IMG/VR virus record: IMGVR_UViG_3300030106_001398
Coordinates: 1-29,199 of that record
Strand: one strand, 5' to 3'
DNA length: 29,199 nt
Origin: a virus
Taxonomy: Duplodnaviria; Caudoviricetes
Shown here piece by piece: positions 1-8,116 of the stretch. The position numbers and the translations under genes were made by a program. Under the pieces are notes generated by a model. The model was not told the origin of the DNA. It worked only from the letters and a program-made list of their open reading frames with translations, and searched no databases. How positions within the stretch are numbered: position 1 is the stretch's first letter; the number at the start of each line of letters is the position of its first letter.

Positions 1-2
1 GA

Positions 3-122
3 GTTGGTTCGTATAATGGTAATTCAATGGCCTCTGAAACTATCCCAGGAGGCGTAACAATCTACGGCAGATGGACTACTATTGATTTAACATCTGGCTT
101 AGTTATAGCATATATAGGTTAA
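3..122 (+). CDS. 3' end of a small conserved phage protein, truncated by the window edge
   Basis: Frame 3 reads VGSYNGNSMASETIPGGVTIYGRWTTIDLTSGLVIAYIG* and stops 1 nt before the next ATG. The TIYGRW...VIAY ending resembles small virion-module proteins I recall from marine phages. Confidence 0.7.
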   Translation, partial: VGSYNGNSMASETIPGGVTIYGRWTTIDLTSGLVIAYIG

Positions 123-123
123 T

Positions 124-1197
124 ATGCCTTTAGGATTAGGAGCTAGTTTAAGTCGAGCAGGAATTGTTACTCCAGGTATGATTACAGATGGTTTGGTTAT
201 GAGGCATATGTATTCTGCAGGAGCAGTACAGCCATTAAGTGATGGTTCTGCATATTTTGTAGGCTCTAATACAGACTACATACTTTTAAATGATTTTATA
301 GTAGATACTGATGGAAACTGCTGTATTATGTTTTGGTGGAAATATAATGGGGCAGGCTCTAGTGCATGGACTATATTTGGACACACACCAACTGGCAATA
401 GATTTTTAAGATTTGTAAGTGGTGGTGATTTGAAATTAGAAAGTAATAATGCTGGTGATGAATGTGTTATAGATTTAAATACTGATTTTACTGATGAAAA
501 ATGGCATCATTATGCAGTAGTATGCACATCAGGAACAGTTACTTGTTTTCAAGATGGAGTATCTTGCACTATTGGTTCAGGAGCTGATATGGACCATGAT
601 ACTACTTTTCGATATATTGGTGCACAAGGTGGTTCTGCAGACTCTCATAATTTAGATGGACATTTATGTAATTTAGGAGTATGGTCAAGAGCTTGCACTC
701 AAGCAGAAATAAAATCAATTATGTTTAAACAGTATGCAGATTTAACAACTAGTGAAAAAACTAGTTTAACATCATGGTGGAATTTAGATAATAATTTAAC
801 TACACAAGGAAGTTCATCTTGGGTTGCAGATGAAGCAGATACAACATTTGGTTCTAATGTAACTCCTACGTGGACTAGTAGTAATGGAGCTGTTATTGAT
901 GGACAAACTATAACATTAGGCTCATCTGGTGTAGTATCAGCCTTAGCTACAATATCACCTGTAGGTGTGTATAAAGTTAATGTAACAGTTACAGGATATA
1001 CAGGAAGTGGAAACATTGAAATGCCTTGGGATGGTAGTGGAAGTTCTAATATGCAAATTTCAGCTAATGGAACTTATGAATTTTACGAAAAATCTTCTGA
1101 TACAGGATGGCTTATATATGCAGCTGATGGAAGAGGAGCAACAATTACTATTAATTCAATTACTAGAGCAAATGGTAATATTGGAGAGCTTAAATAA
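124..1197 (+). CDS. LamG/concanavalin A-like domain virion protein with a C-terminal carbohydrate-binding-like domain
   Basis: 357 aa with LamG motifs: IMFWWK, KWHHYAVV, TCFQDG, YIGA, LDGHLCNLGVWSRACTQAEI, LTSWWNLD. N-terminus is MPLGLG. Confidence 0.8.
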   Translation: MPLGLGASLSRAGIVTPGMITDGLVMRHMYSAGAVQPLSDGSAYFVGSNTDYILLNDFIVDTDGNCCIMFWWKYNGAGSSAWTIFGHTPTGNRFLRFVSGGDLKLESNNAGDECVIDLNTDFTDEKWHHYAVVCTSGTVTCFQDGVSCTIGSGADMDHDTTFRYIGAQGGSADSHNLDGHLCNLGVWSRACTQAEIKSIMFKQYADLTTSEKTSLTSWWNLDNNLTTQGSSSWVADEADTTFGSNVTPTWTSSNGAVIDGQTITLGSSGVVSALATISPVGVYKVNVTVTGYTGSGNIEMPWDGSGSSNMQISANGTYEFYEKSSDTGWLIYAADGRGATITINSITRANGNIGELK

Positions 1198-4100
1198 TGG
1201 CTACTACAATACAAAAAATATTAAAACCAACTAAATACAGAGCAGTAGATACTTCTGGCAACAACAATCATGGACAGATATATTCAGGTAGAGGATTAGA
1301 GTTTGATGGTGTTAGTGATAGCCTTTTAGTTCATGCAGATGAAGCTGATGCATTATTTGGAAGTTATTTAAAAACATTTGCATGTTGGATAAATATAGAT
1401 GCTATTGGCTCTGACCAAATAATTGCAGGAGCATGGTTATCAAGAAGAAGTATAGGAATTGATAGTTCTGGTTATTTAGCTACATGCTCTACTAATGGGG
1501 ATGATGATATTAAAGCTACAACTAAATTAGAAGCAAAAACATGGTATAGAATTGTAGTAGTTTCAAATATAGACCAAACTGATGATAGTGCTGTAGATGC
1601 AGCTGATGAGAACAATCGTTCTCATTATGATTTTTACATTAATGGAGTATTGCAAGAAAAAGATGACGCTAATTTATTTAAAACATCTTTATACACTACT
1701 TTAGGCGCAAGGTATAATTCAGGAGCGTATTCAGTGTATTTTGGAGGCAAATTATCTGATGCACAGGGATGGAGTGAGAAATGGACTGCATCTGATGCAT
1801 TATATGATTATCTTAATCCTGAATCTTTAGTATTAAATAATGGTGGCACTTCACTTACAGAGTCTAATCTAAAACTCTGGTATCCTATGCAAGATGGACA
1901 TAGAGGACAACAATCTTATATACTTGATGGAGCTGGTACAGGGTTAGGTCCTGAATTAATATCAGATATATCAGCATCTGCTTGGACTAAAGGAGAAGCT
2001 GGTACAGGCTCAACTATTAATTCAACTATCACAGATAATGCAGATGGAAGTGTAACATTTGAAACAACAGAAACAAGTGATTTTCAAACTGTTTCAATAC
2101 CTATTGTAAATGAACAGGGTGTTACTTATAAAGTTTCTATAACTGGTGAATCTTTAGCAGAAACAGATGGAGATGGTAACGATAAATTTTATTGGAGATT
2201 TGGAAATAATTATAACGATGGACATAGCACTGATAGCTTTAATGCATCTTTTAGAATGTCTGAAGGTGCTCATACAAAAACTTTATATTTCGAATCAGCA
2301 GAATCAAATAACCCTGCATTTTTAATTGGCATGTTTAAAAAAGCATCCGATACAGTTCATAAATTTAGATTAGATAGTGTATCAATTAAAGCTGTTAATC
2401 AAAAACATCATGCAACTACTGAGTTTTTAGGTGATGATTTATTTGATGCTGGAGTTGGAGATTATAGTGATAGTACAGGTGGATGGACTGCTGAAGCAAA
2501 CAATACTGTCGATAACAATGATTCGGCTTTGCGAATAACATTTGTAGATGATGATGATGGAGCTAGATTAGATTTAAATGATGCTGAGGACTTAACTACT
2601 GATTTAACTGTAGGTAGAACTTATAGATTATCATTTGAATATAAGATTAATCAAGTAACAGGCACTAACGTAATTTTACAAATTAATACAGGTACTGGCT
2701 CATTTGTAAGCACTAGTGCACTTACTGATACAAGTTTTAGTGGAACACCTGTAACAAAAGATTTTGTAGCCACTCATGCAACTAATGCAGAAATAAAATT
2801 TAATAATATGGATTCAGGGGATATTCTCCATCTTAAAAACTTTACATTAAAAGAAGTAGGTGTAGCATCAGGCTGGACAAATGCAGACCAACAATTAGAT
2901 ATACCTCAAACAGCTCTGCAATCTTATAATCAGTTAGCTTGGTTTGATGGTCAAAACGATTATTGTTCAATAAGTGACAATCCTGCATTTACCTTTGGGA
3001 CTGGTGGAACTAATGATTCTGCAATGTCAGTTTCAGCATGGATATACATGAATGATGCTACAAGTTTTTCTATTATGGGGAAATATGGTGGTTCAAACAA
3101 AGAATGGCTTTTTGATGTTGAAACTAATGACAAATTAAGATTTCAAGCATACGACCAAAGTGCTAATGCATACATTGGAAGGAAATATAATACAGCCTTA
3201 ACATCAAAAGAAGGACAATGGCTACATGTAGTTGCTACATATAGTGGCAATGAAGCTAGTTCAGGAATATCTTTATATATTAATGGAGAGTCAGTTGATG
3301 ATACAGATTATGAAAGTGGTACTTATGCAGGTATGGAAGATTTAACATCTAACATATTTATAGGTGGGAATCAAGCAGGTGGTAAATATGCTAATGGATG
3401 CATAACTGAAACTTCAATTTGGGTTCATGAATTAACAAATGCAGAAGTTCAAGAATTATACAACGATGGAAAGGCATTGCATCCAGAAACACATTCTGCA
3501 TATTTAAACGATACCAGTAAATTGCAAGGATATTGGAGAAACAATGGACTAGCAACATGGACAGATTTAAGTACAGCATTTGATAGACATGGAACTCCAA
3601 CTAATACATCTGAAACCTTATTACTTCCAGCAGGAGTAGATGCTTCTAGGTGTATTCAAGGTTTTTACATGAATAGGCAAAAGACTACTAATAGTTTGAA
3701 TTTACATGGTATATTGTCAAGTACAAGCGATACTGGAGCTTATGGAGATGTAGGTGACCAGCCTTCTTTAGATTTTGGAACTAATAATTTTTCAGTATCA
3801 TTTTGGTTTAAATTAAAATCAGATGATATTGAAATGTCATTTGTAGGAAAACAAGATAGTAGTAGTGGATGGTATCTTTATTATGATGATGATACAGATA
3901 GAATTAGTTTTTATCATAGGAAAGATAATAAGTATACTCACGGTACAACTAATCCATCTGTTGACCGATGGTATCATTGTTGTTTTACACGAAATGGAGC
4001 CACAGGTAAAATATATTTAGATAGTGTAGACGATACTGCATCTACACAAGATATAAGTGCTGATTTAGATTCATCTGGGGATTTGTTTGAAATTGGAAGA

Positions 4101-4229
4101 AGAAATTTATTTACTGCTGATGATAGATATTTAGATGGTCAAATAGATGATGTATTAATATATAATGATGTTTTATCAGCAGATGAAGTAGAAAGAGTTT
4201 ATAACGCAGGTAAAAGGAGTCACAAGTAA
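1197..4229 (+). CDS. Large multi-LamG virion/adhesin protein (three LamG domains plus two CBM-like beta-sandwiches)
   Basis: 1010 aa. Three LamG motif sets: FACWI..WYRIVVV..FYINGV, VSAWI..WLHVVATY..LYINGE, and VSFWFK..WYHCCFT..IYLDSV..GQIDDVLIYNDVLSADEV. Its start overlaps the previous stop (TAATG). Confidence 0.85.
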   Translation: MATTIQKILKPTKYRAVDTSGNNNHGQIYSGRGLEFDGVSDSLLVHADEADALFGSYLKTFACWINIDAIGSDQIIAGAWLSRRSIGIDSSGYLATCSTNGDDDIKATTKLEAKTWYRIVVVSNIDQTDDSAVDAADENNRSHYDFYINGVLQEKDDANLFKTSLYTTLGARYNSGAYSVYFGGKLSDAQGWSEKWTASDALYDYLNPESLVLNNGGTSLTESNLKLWYPMQDGHRGQQSYILDGAGTGLGPELISDISASAWTKGEAGTGSTINSTITDNADGSVTFETTETSDFQTVSIPIVNEQGVTYKVSITGESLAETDGDGNDKFYWRFGNNYNDGHSTDSFNASFRMSEGAHTKTLYFESAESNNPAFLIGMFKKASDTVHKFRLDSVSIKAVNQKHHATTEFLGDDLFDAGVGDYSDSTGGWTAEANNTVDNNDSALRITFVDDDDGARLDLNDAEDLTTDLTVGRTYRLSFEYKINQVTGTNVILQINTGTGSFVSTSALTDTSFSGTPVTKDFVATHATNAEIKFNNMDSGDILHLKNFTLKEVGVASGWTNADQQLDIPQTALQSYNQLAWFDGQNDYCSISDNPAFTFGTGGTNDSAMSVSAWIYMNDATSFSIMGKYGGSNKEWLFDVETNDKLRFQAYDQSANAYIGRKYNTALTSKEGQWLHVVATYSGNEASSGISLYINGESVDDTDYESGTYAGMEDLTSNIFIGGNQAGGKYANGCITETSIWVHELTNAEVQELYNDGKALHPETHSAYLNDTSKLQGYWRNNGLATWTDLSTAFDRHGTPTNTSETLLLPAGVDASRCIQGFYMNRQKTTNSLNLHGILSSTSDTGAYGDVGDQPSLDFGTNNFSVSFWFKLKSDDIEMSFVGKQDSSSGWYLYYDDDTDRISFYHRKDNKYTHGTTNPSVDRWYHCCFTRNGATGKIYLDSVDDTASTQDISADLDSSGDLFEIGRRNLFTADDRYLDGQIDDVLIYNDVLSADEVERVYNAGKRSHK

Positions 4230-4579
4230 TGGCACATTATGAAATGTATTTTTGTTTACCTAGCAGTGCATACGATAGTGCTGTTGGGACTAAAATTAAA
4301 GCACTATATCCAATAGTAGAATCAGTAGCAGAAGATGGTACTGTAACGTATAAATCTGCTCCTACATGGCATGATGTAATCTTTGCAGGTAAAGTAGGTG
4401 CTCCACGATACTCACATGACAGGGCATATTGCATTATTAAAGGTGAATGGTCTATGAAAGATGGGGTATTATCTGAACTAGTTGCATTAGGAGCTAGTAA
4501 AGCATATCCAAACTTTAGTGTATTAACCAAATCTGAAGCTCAAACATTAGTAAGTAGTTCAACATTTACAGGAGAATAA
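4229..4579 (+). CDS. Hypothetical protein, possible accessory or chaperone of the LamG protein
   Basis: 116 aa ORF with TAATG coupling at both ends and AGGAG upstream. Function is inferred from position only. Confidence 0.7.
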   Translation: MAHYEMYFCLPSSAYDSAVGTKIKALYPIVESVAEDGTVTYKSAPTWHDVIFAGKVGAPRYSHDRAYCIIKGEWSMKDGVLSELVALGASKAYPNFSVLTKSEAQTLVSSSTFTGE

Positions 4580-5232
4580 TGGCAAAAAAAAGCACAGTAA
4601 ATAAAGCAGGCAATTATACAAAACCAGGAATGCGCAAGCGTTTATTTCAAAGTATAAAAGCTGGTTCTAAAGGTGGACCTCCAGGAGTATGGTCAGCTCG
4701 CAAAGCACAGCTTCTTGCTAAACGATATAAATCATCTGGTGGTGGATATAAAAAAGATGGTGGTATAGTTAGGCCTAAATATGCTAGTGGAGGCAAAACA
4801 GAATCTCAAAGGTCTCTTGACCAATGGACATCAGAAGAATGGGATAATGTCTCAGGTAAAAAAGGAGATAGATATTTACCTAAAAAAGTTCGTCAAGGAA
4901 TGAGCTCAGGACAAAAAGCTGCAGAAAATAGAAAAAAAAGACAAGCTACTAAATCTGGCAAAGTAAAAGCTAAATATTCAGATAGTTTAAAAAAGAGTAT
5001 GCGAAGTAAAGGCGTATACTTAAAAGGCGGAAAATTAGAAGGTCCATCGCATAAAGAAGGTGGTATTCCTATAGAGGTAGAAGGTGGTGAATACATTATC
5101 AAAAAGGATTCGGTAAATGATAAAACATTACCTATATTACAAGAGATAAATAACACAGGTCAATATACAGGTGCTGATAAAAATTACGACTTTCCTGTTT
5201 TTGACGCTAGAGAAAGGTCAGAAAAAAAATGA
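4579..5232 (+). CDS. Basic modular protein: DUF5872-like N-terminal region plus GPSHxxGG-IEVEGGE module
   Basis: 217 aa, Lys/Arg/Gly rich. YTKP..KGG.PG.WSARKAQ...YK..GGGY and SL..WT.E.W...RYLP match my recollection of DUF5872-type proteins (not searched). AGGAG RBS is present. Confidence 0.75.
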   Translation: MAKKSTVNKAGNYTKPGMRKRLFQSIKAGSKGGPPGVWSARKAQLLAKRYKSSGGGYKKDGGIVRPKYASGGKTESQRSLDQWTSEEWDNVSGKKGDRYLPKKVRQGMSSGQKAAENRKKRQATKSGKVKAKYSDSLKKSMRSKGVYLKGGKLEGPSHKEGGIPIEVEGGEYIIKKDSVNDKTLPILQEINNTGQYTGADKNYDFPVFDARERSEKK

Positions 5233-5705
5233 AAAAAGATGATATGATGAAAAACATGAAAAAGTTTGCAGCTGGTGGTATGACTGATGGCAGAGAAAGA
5301 AGTGAGCAGATGTATGCAGGTGGTGGTAAGACAGGTTACAATAAAATTGGAATGATGAAACATGGTGGCATGTACGGTGAGAAGAAGATGATGCATGGTG
5401 GCGTTATGATGGAAGATAAAAAGATGATGGGTCATGGTGGTAAGATGAAAGATAAGATGATGTATAAACATGGTGGTAAAGCTATGAAGCCAGTTGATTC
5501 ATCTAAAAATCCAGGTCTTGCAAAATTACCAACAGAAGTTAGAAATAAAATGGGATATATGAAGCATGGTGGTAGTGCTGCTAAAATGAAAGCTCATTCA
5601 AAAGGTCATTCTAAGGCTCATATGGACTCAATGAAGAAAGATATGCATAAAGGTGATAGTTTTGGTGCTGCACATAAAAAAGCTATGAAAAAGGCAGGAA
5701 AATAA
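5229..5705 (+). CDS. Met/Lys/His/Gly-rich low-complexity protein with repeated hydrophobic-x-x-GG motifs
   Basis: 158 aa with seven motifs (FAAGG, YAGGG, MKHGG, MMHGG, MGHGG, YKHGG, MKHGG). ATGA overlap with the upstream gene. Confidence 0.8.
   Translation: MKKDDMMKNMKKFAAGGMTDGRERSEQMYAGGGKTGYNKIGMMKHGGMYGEKKMMHGGVMMEDKKMMGHGGKMKDKMMYKHGGKAMKPVDSSKNPGLAKLPTEVRNKMGYMKHGGSAAKMKAHSKGHSKAHMDSMKKDMHKGDSFGAAHKKAMKKAGK
5361..5572 (+). repeat. Dispersed coding repeat CATGGTGG (His-Gly-Gly), five copies
   Basis: CATGGTGG occurs at about 5361, 5393, 5433, 5468 and 5565, always in the HGG frame. Confidence 0.75.
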
Positions 5706-5707
5706 AT

Positions 5708-5896
5708 ATGGCTAGTAGATATTGGAAACGCAATGACAAAGGAGAACTTGTAGAGTTTTTTCCTAATCAAACAAGTTTTGCAGATGGCCCTGTTAGTAAT
5801 CATGTAAATATGAGAAAGACTTGGAGTGGTACAACTAAAATAGAATTTAGTCAAACTACGATGAACCAAGATATAGCAGATAGGAATAGAGGTTAA
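5708..5896 (+). CDS. Hypothetical protein
   Basis: 62 aa ORF that fills the gap exactly, with TAATG coupling to the next gene. Confidence 0.65.
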   Translation: MASRYWKRNDKGELVEFFPNQTSFADGPVSNHVNMRKTWSGTTKIEFSQTTMNQDIADRNRG

Positions 5897-6585
5897 TGGC
5901 AACATTTAACGCACAAATAAACGATTTAGTTGGTACATTTACTGATACAGCAGCAATAACTCAATTTTTAAGAGATGGTATTAGACAACTAGTAAACGTA
6001 CTTCCTTCTGATAGGCTAAATGATATATTGACTGTTCAAGCATTAGATGGTAGCACTTCTACATTTTCTCTTAATGATAGTGCAAACAATGCTAGAGGAA
6101 GTATAATAAGCGTATCAAGACAAAATGTAAATGGTATTAAGCAATTGTGTCGTCAAATTCCAATATCTTTAGTTTCTAGGGCTTCTGACCCAGAAGATTT
6201 AATGTTTATTTCTGCAACAGACCCTGCTTACTATATAAGCGGAGGAGTTCTTAATGTACTTCCTACTCCAACTAATTCTCAAACAGCAGAAGTTGTTTTT
6301 GTTCCTTTAACTGCAGTATCTCATAGCGATGAAGAAATAAATGGATTTCCTAATGATTTAGAATATATTGTAGTATTATATGCATCTATTAAAGCTGCAC
6401 AGTCATTACTTGCAATAGAAGAAGATGATGAGTTATATGTGCCTATTATAACGACCTTAAAGCAGGATTATGCGCAAGCTTTAAATCTTTTGGGGGTAGG
6501 TGCACGGGCACCAAGAGGAACAGGTCAAAAACGTCGTAATCCATTAGAGGGTTTAGAAAATATTCAGCAAGGCGGTGAAGAATGA
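5896..6585 (+). CDS. Putative head-tail adaptor / tail tubular protein A-like
   Basis: 229 aa with an N-terminal helical pair, a beta core (DPAYYISGGVLNVLPTP) and a C-terminal helical part (INGFPNDLEYIVVLYAS). This layout is typical of podovirus adaptor/gatekeeper proteins. Confidence 0.6.
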   Translation: MATFNAQINDLVGTFTDTAAITQFLRDGIRQLVNVLPSDRLNDILTVQALDGSTSTFSLNDSANNARGSIISVSRQNVNGIKQLCRQIPISLVSRASDPEDLMFISATDPAYYISGGVLNVLPTPTNSQTAEVVFVPLTAVSHSDEEINGFPNDLEYIVVLYASIKAAQSLLAIEEDDELYVPIITTLKQDYAQALNLLGVGARAPRGTGQKRRNPLEGLENIQQGGEE

Positions 6586-6887
6586 AAGTAAAAGATTTAA
6601 TACAGCAAGTAGAATATCTTATGGGTAGGCAGCCAGAAAGATATATGATGCAGTTAATTAATGATGGATTGATGGATATGTCAGGAAAAATACAGCATCA
6701 TACTGCACAAAAAAAACAAAATTTAAATTCAAAACAAAGGTGGTATTCTTTAGATGACAATGTTATTGATATCACAAGAGTAGAAATTTTAGATACAGAT
6801 AATAGATATGTGATGATACCTAAGTTGGCTGACCCACATAAATTATTAAAAGACGATTCAGATGACTCATCTGATTCATTAACATAG
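6582..6887 (+). CDS. Protein resembling the N-terminal half of an adaptor/tail tubular A-like protein
   Basis: 101 aa: MKVKDLIQQV..QLINDGL..QRWYSLDDNVIDITRVEI. ATGA overlap with the upstream gene. Confidence 0.6.
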   Translation: MKVKDLIQQVEYLMGRQPERYMMQLINDGLMDMSGKIQHHTAQKKQNLNSKQRWYSLDDNVIDITRVEILDTDNRYVMIPKLADPHKLLKDDSDDSSDSLT

Positions 6888-6896
6888 GAGTAAAAA

Positions 6897-7370
6897 ATGG
6901 CAAGTACAGTGACAGCCTCAACAATGACAGTTACGATATCTGAGTCTATTACATTAAATGGAAAGAATCAAGGTGGAACACAAACATTATCAATACCTTC
7001 AATTGCTACAGTTTCTAGACGAATTGTAAATGTTCCTACTTCAGAAGTAGAAATTGCAGCTATGGGTTCAAATGTTGCGTCTGGAACTTTTGTTCAAGGA
7101 GATGTTCGTTATATAAGAATAACAAATTTAGACGATGCAAATAATGTTTTTTTAACATTTAAAAATTCAGCTAATGATGAATTTGCTGTATTATTAGATT
7201 ATGGACAATCATTTATTTATAATTCTAATTTTGATGGCGGAGTTGTAAATACTTTTGATGCTAACACCGCAGGTGAAGTGAGTAAAGATAATTTAGGAAC
7301 TCTTTCTAATATTACTGCTCAAGCAGACACAGGTGCAGTAGATTTAGAATTATTTGTTGCATCAGTATAG
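6897..7370 (+). CDS. Conserved beta-rich phage structural protein of unknown function
   Basis: 157 aa, Thr/Ser/Val rich, containing VRYIRITNLD and ending DLELFVAS. TAGGAG RBS is present. Confidence 0.75.
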   Translation: MASTVTASTMTVTISESITLNGKNQGGTQTLSIPSIATVSRRIVNVPTSEVEIAAMGSNVASGTFVQGDVRYIRITNLDDANNVFLTFKNSANDEFAVLLDYGQSFIYNSNFDGGVVNTFDANTAGEVSKDNLGTLSNITAQADTGAVDLELFVASV

Positions 7371-7378
7371 GAGATTAA

Positions 7379-7780
7379 ATGGCTAAGAGAGATTTCCCAA
7401 ATGATTACTTTGCATGGTATAATGACGATGATAGATTAGGTGTATTGTGTCAAGTAGTATCAAATGATGTAAGCGATACTACTCAGACAGTTCAAGATAA
7501 GTATGATACATATACAGGCACTAGTGTAACAAATGGTCTTAGAATACATTTTCATGCAAAGTATGGTCAAGTATCACAATTAACAGATGATTTAAGAACT
7601 GATTCTGGTGTAGATACATCTTTACATCCAGCGATTATAGATTATGTTAAATCAAGATTGCTTGAAGACATGGGAGATTTGCAACGAGCAGCATATTATA
7701 AATCAAAGTATGAGCGTACGATAAAACAATATCCACATCGAAAAAGTGGTATTAGGGCATTATCAGTACCAAAATTATAA
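7379..7780 (+). CDS. Protein resembling the C-terminal half of an adaptor/tail tubular A-like protein
   Basis: 133 aa: YFAWY..RLG..LRIHFHAKY..LHPAIIDYVKSRLLEDMGDLQRAAYYKSKYE. TAGGAG RBS is present. Confidence 0.6.
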   Translation: MAKRDFPNDYFAWYNDDDRLGVLCQVVSNDVSDTTQTVQDKYDTYTGTSVTNGLRIHFHAKYGQVSQLTDDLRTDSGVDTSLHPAIIDYVKSRLLEDMGDLQRAAYYKSKYERTIKQYPHRKSGIRALSVPKL

Positions 7781-7793
7781 AGCAGGGGATACG

Positions 7794-7970
7794 ATGTCAA
7801 ATAAAGATAAGCTATCTAGCGTATGTAAACAGCTAGAAGATGTGATGAGCAAACGAGAGTCGTTGCAGTCAGAAATAAATGATATGACTGCATTGGCATT
7901 AAAGCTACAAGGAGCTATTGAAGTCCTTGAAGAGCTTGAAAAAGAATCAGAAACAAAGGAGGAAGAATAG
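7794..7970 (+). CDS. Small coiled-coil protein
   Basis: Start moved from 7746 to the ATG at 7794 (AGGGG upstream, no overlap with the previous gene). 58 aa with a heptad pattern ending KLQGAIEVLEELE. Confidence 0.65.
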   Translation: MSNKDKLSSVCKQLEDVMSKRESLQSEINDMTALALKLQGAIEVLEELEKESETKEEE

Positions 7971-8116
7971 TGCTTGATACACTAAAGACTTCATGTTGTG
8001 GCTTAGGCGGCCTAGCTCTAACATTTATGGAAGCAATTCCAGATGTGCTTAGGGTACTAATCGCTGCGGTTACACTTGCCTATATGGTAATGAAGTTACG
8101 CAAAGAAATGAAATAA
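7970..8116 (+). CDS. Small membrane protein, holin-like (not in the ORF track)
   Basis: GTG start overlapping the TAG, with GGAGG upstream. MLDTLKTSCCGLGGLALTFMEAIPDVLRVLIAAVTLAYMVMKLRKEMK has one or two hydrophobic segments and a basic tail. Confidence 0.65.
   Translation: MLDTLKTSCCGLGGLALTFMEAIPDVLRVLIAAVTLAYMVMKLRKEMK

Noticed and set aside
1007-1234. 75-aa + strand ORF, and similar nested ORFs at 8503-8757 and 17732-17920
   Set aside because: They are out-of-frame overlaps within well-supported genes and have no independent evidence.
5340-5580. CRISPR-like or DNA-level repeat array
   Set aside because: The repeats are only 8 bp, irregularly spaced and in frame. The HGG peptide motif explains them, and no cas genes are present.
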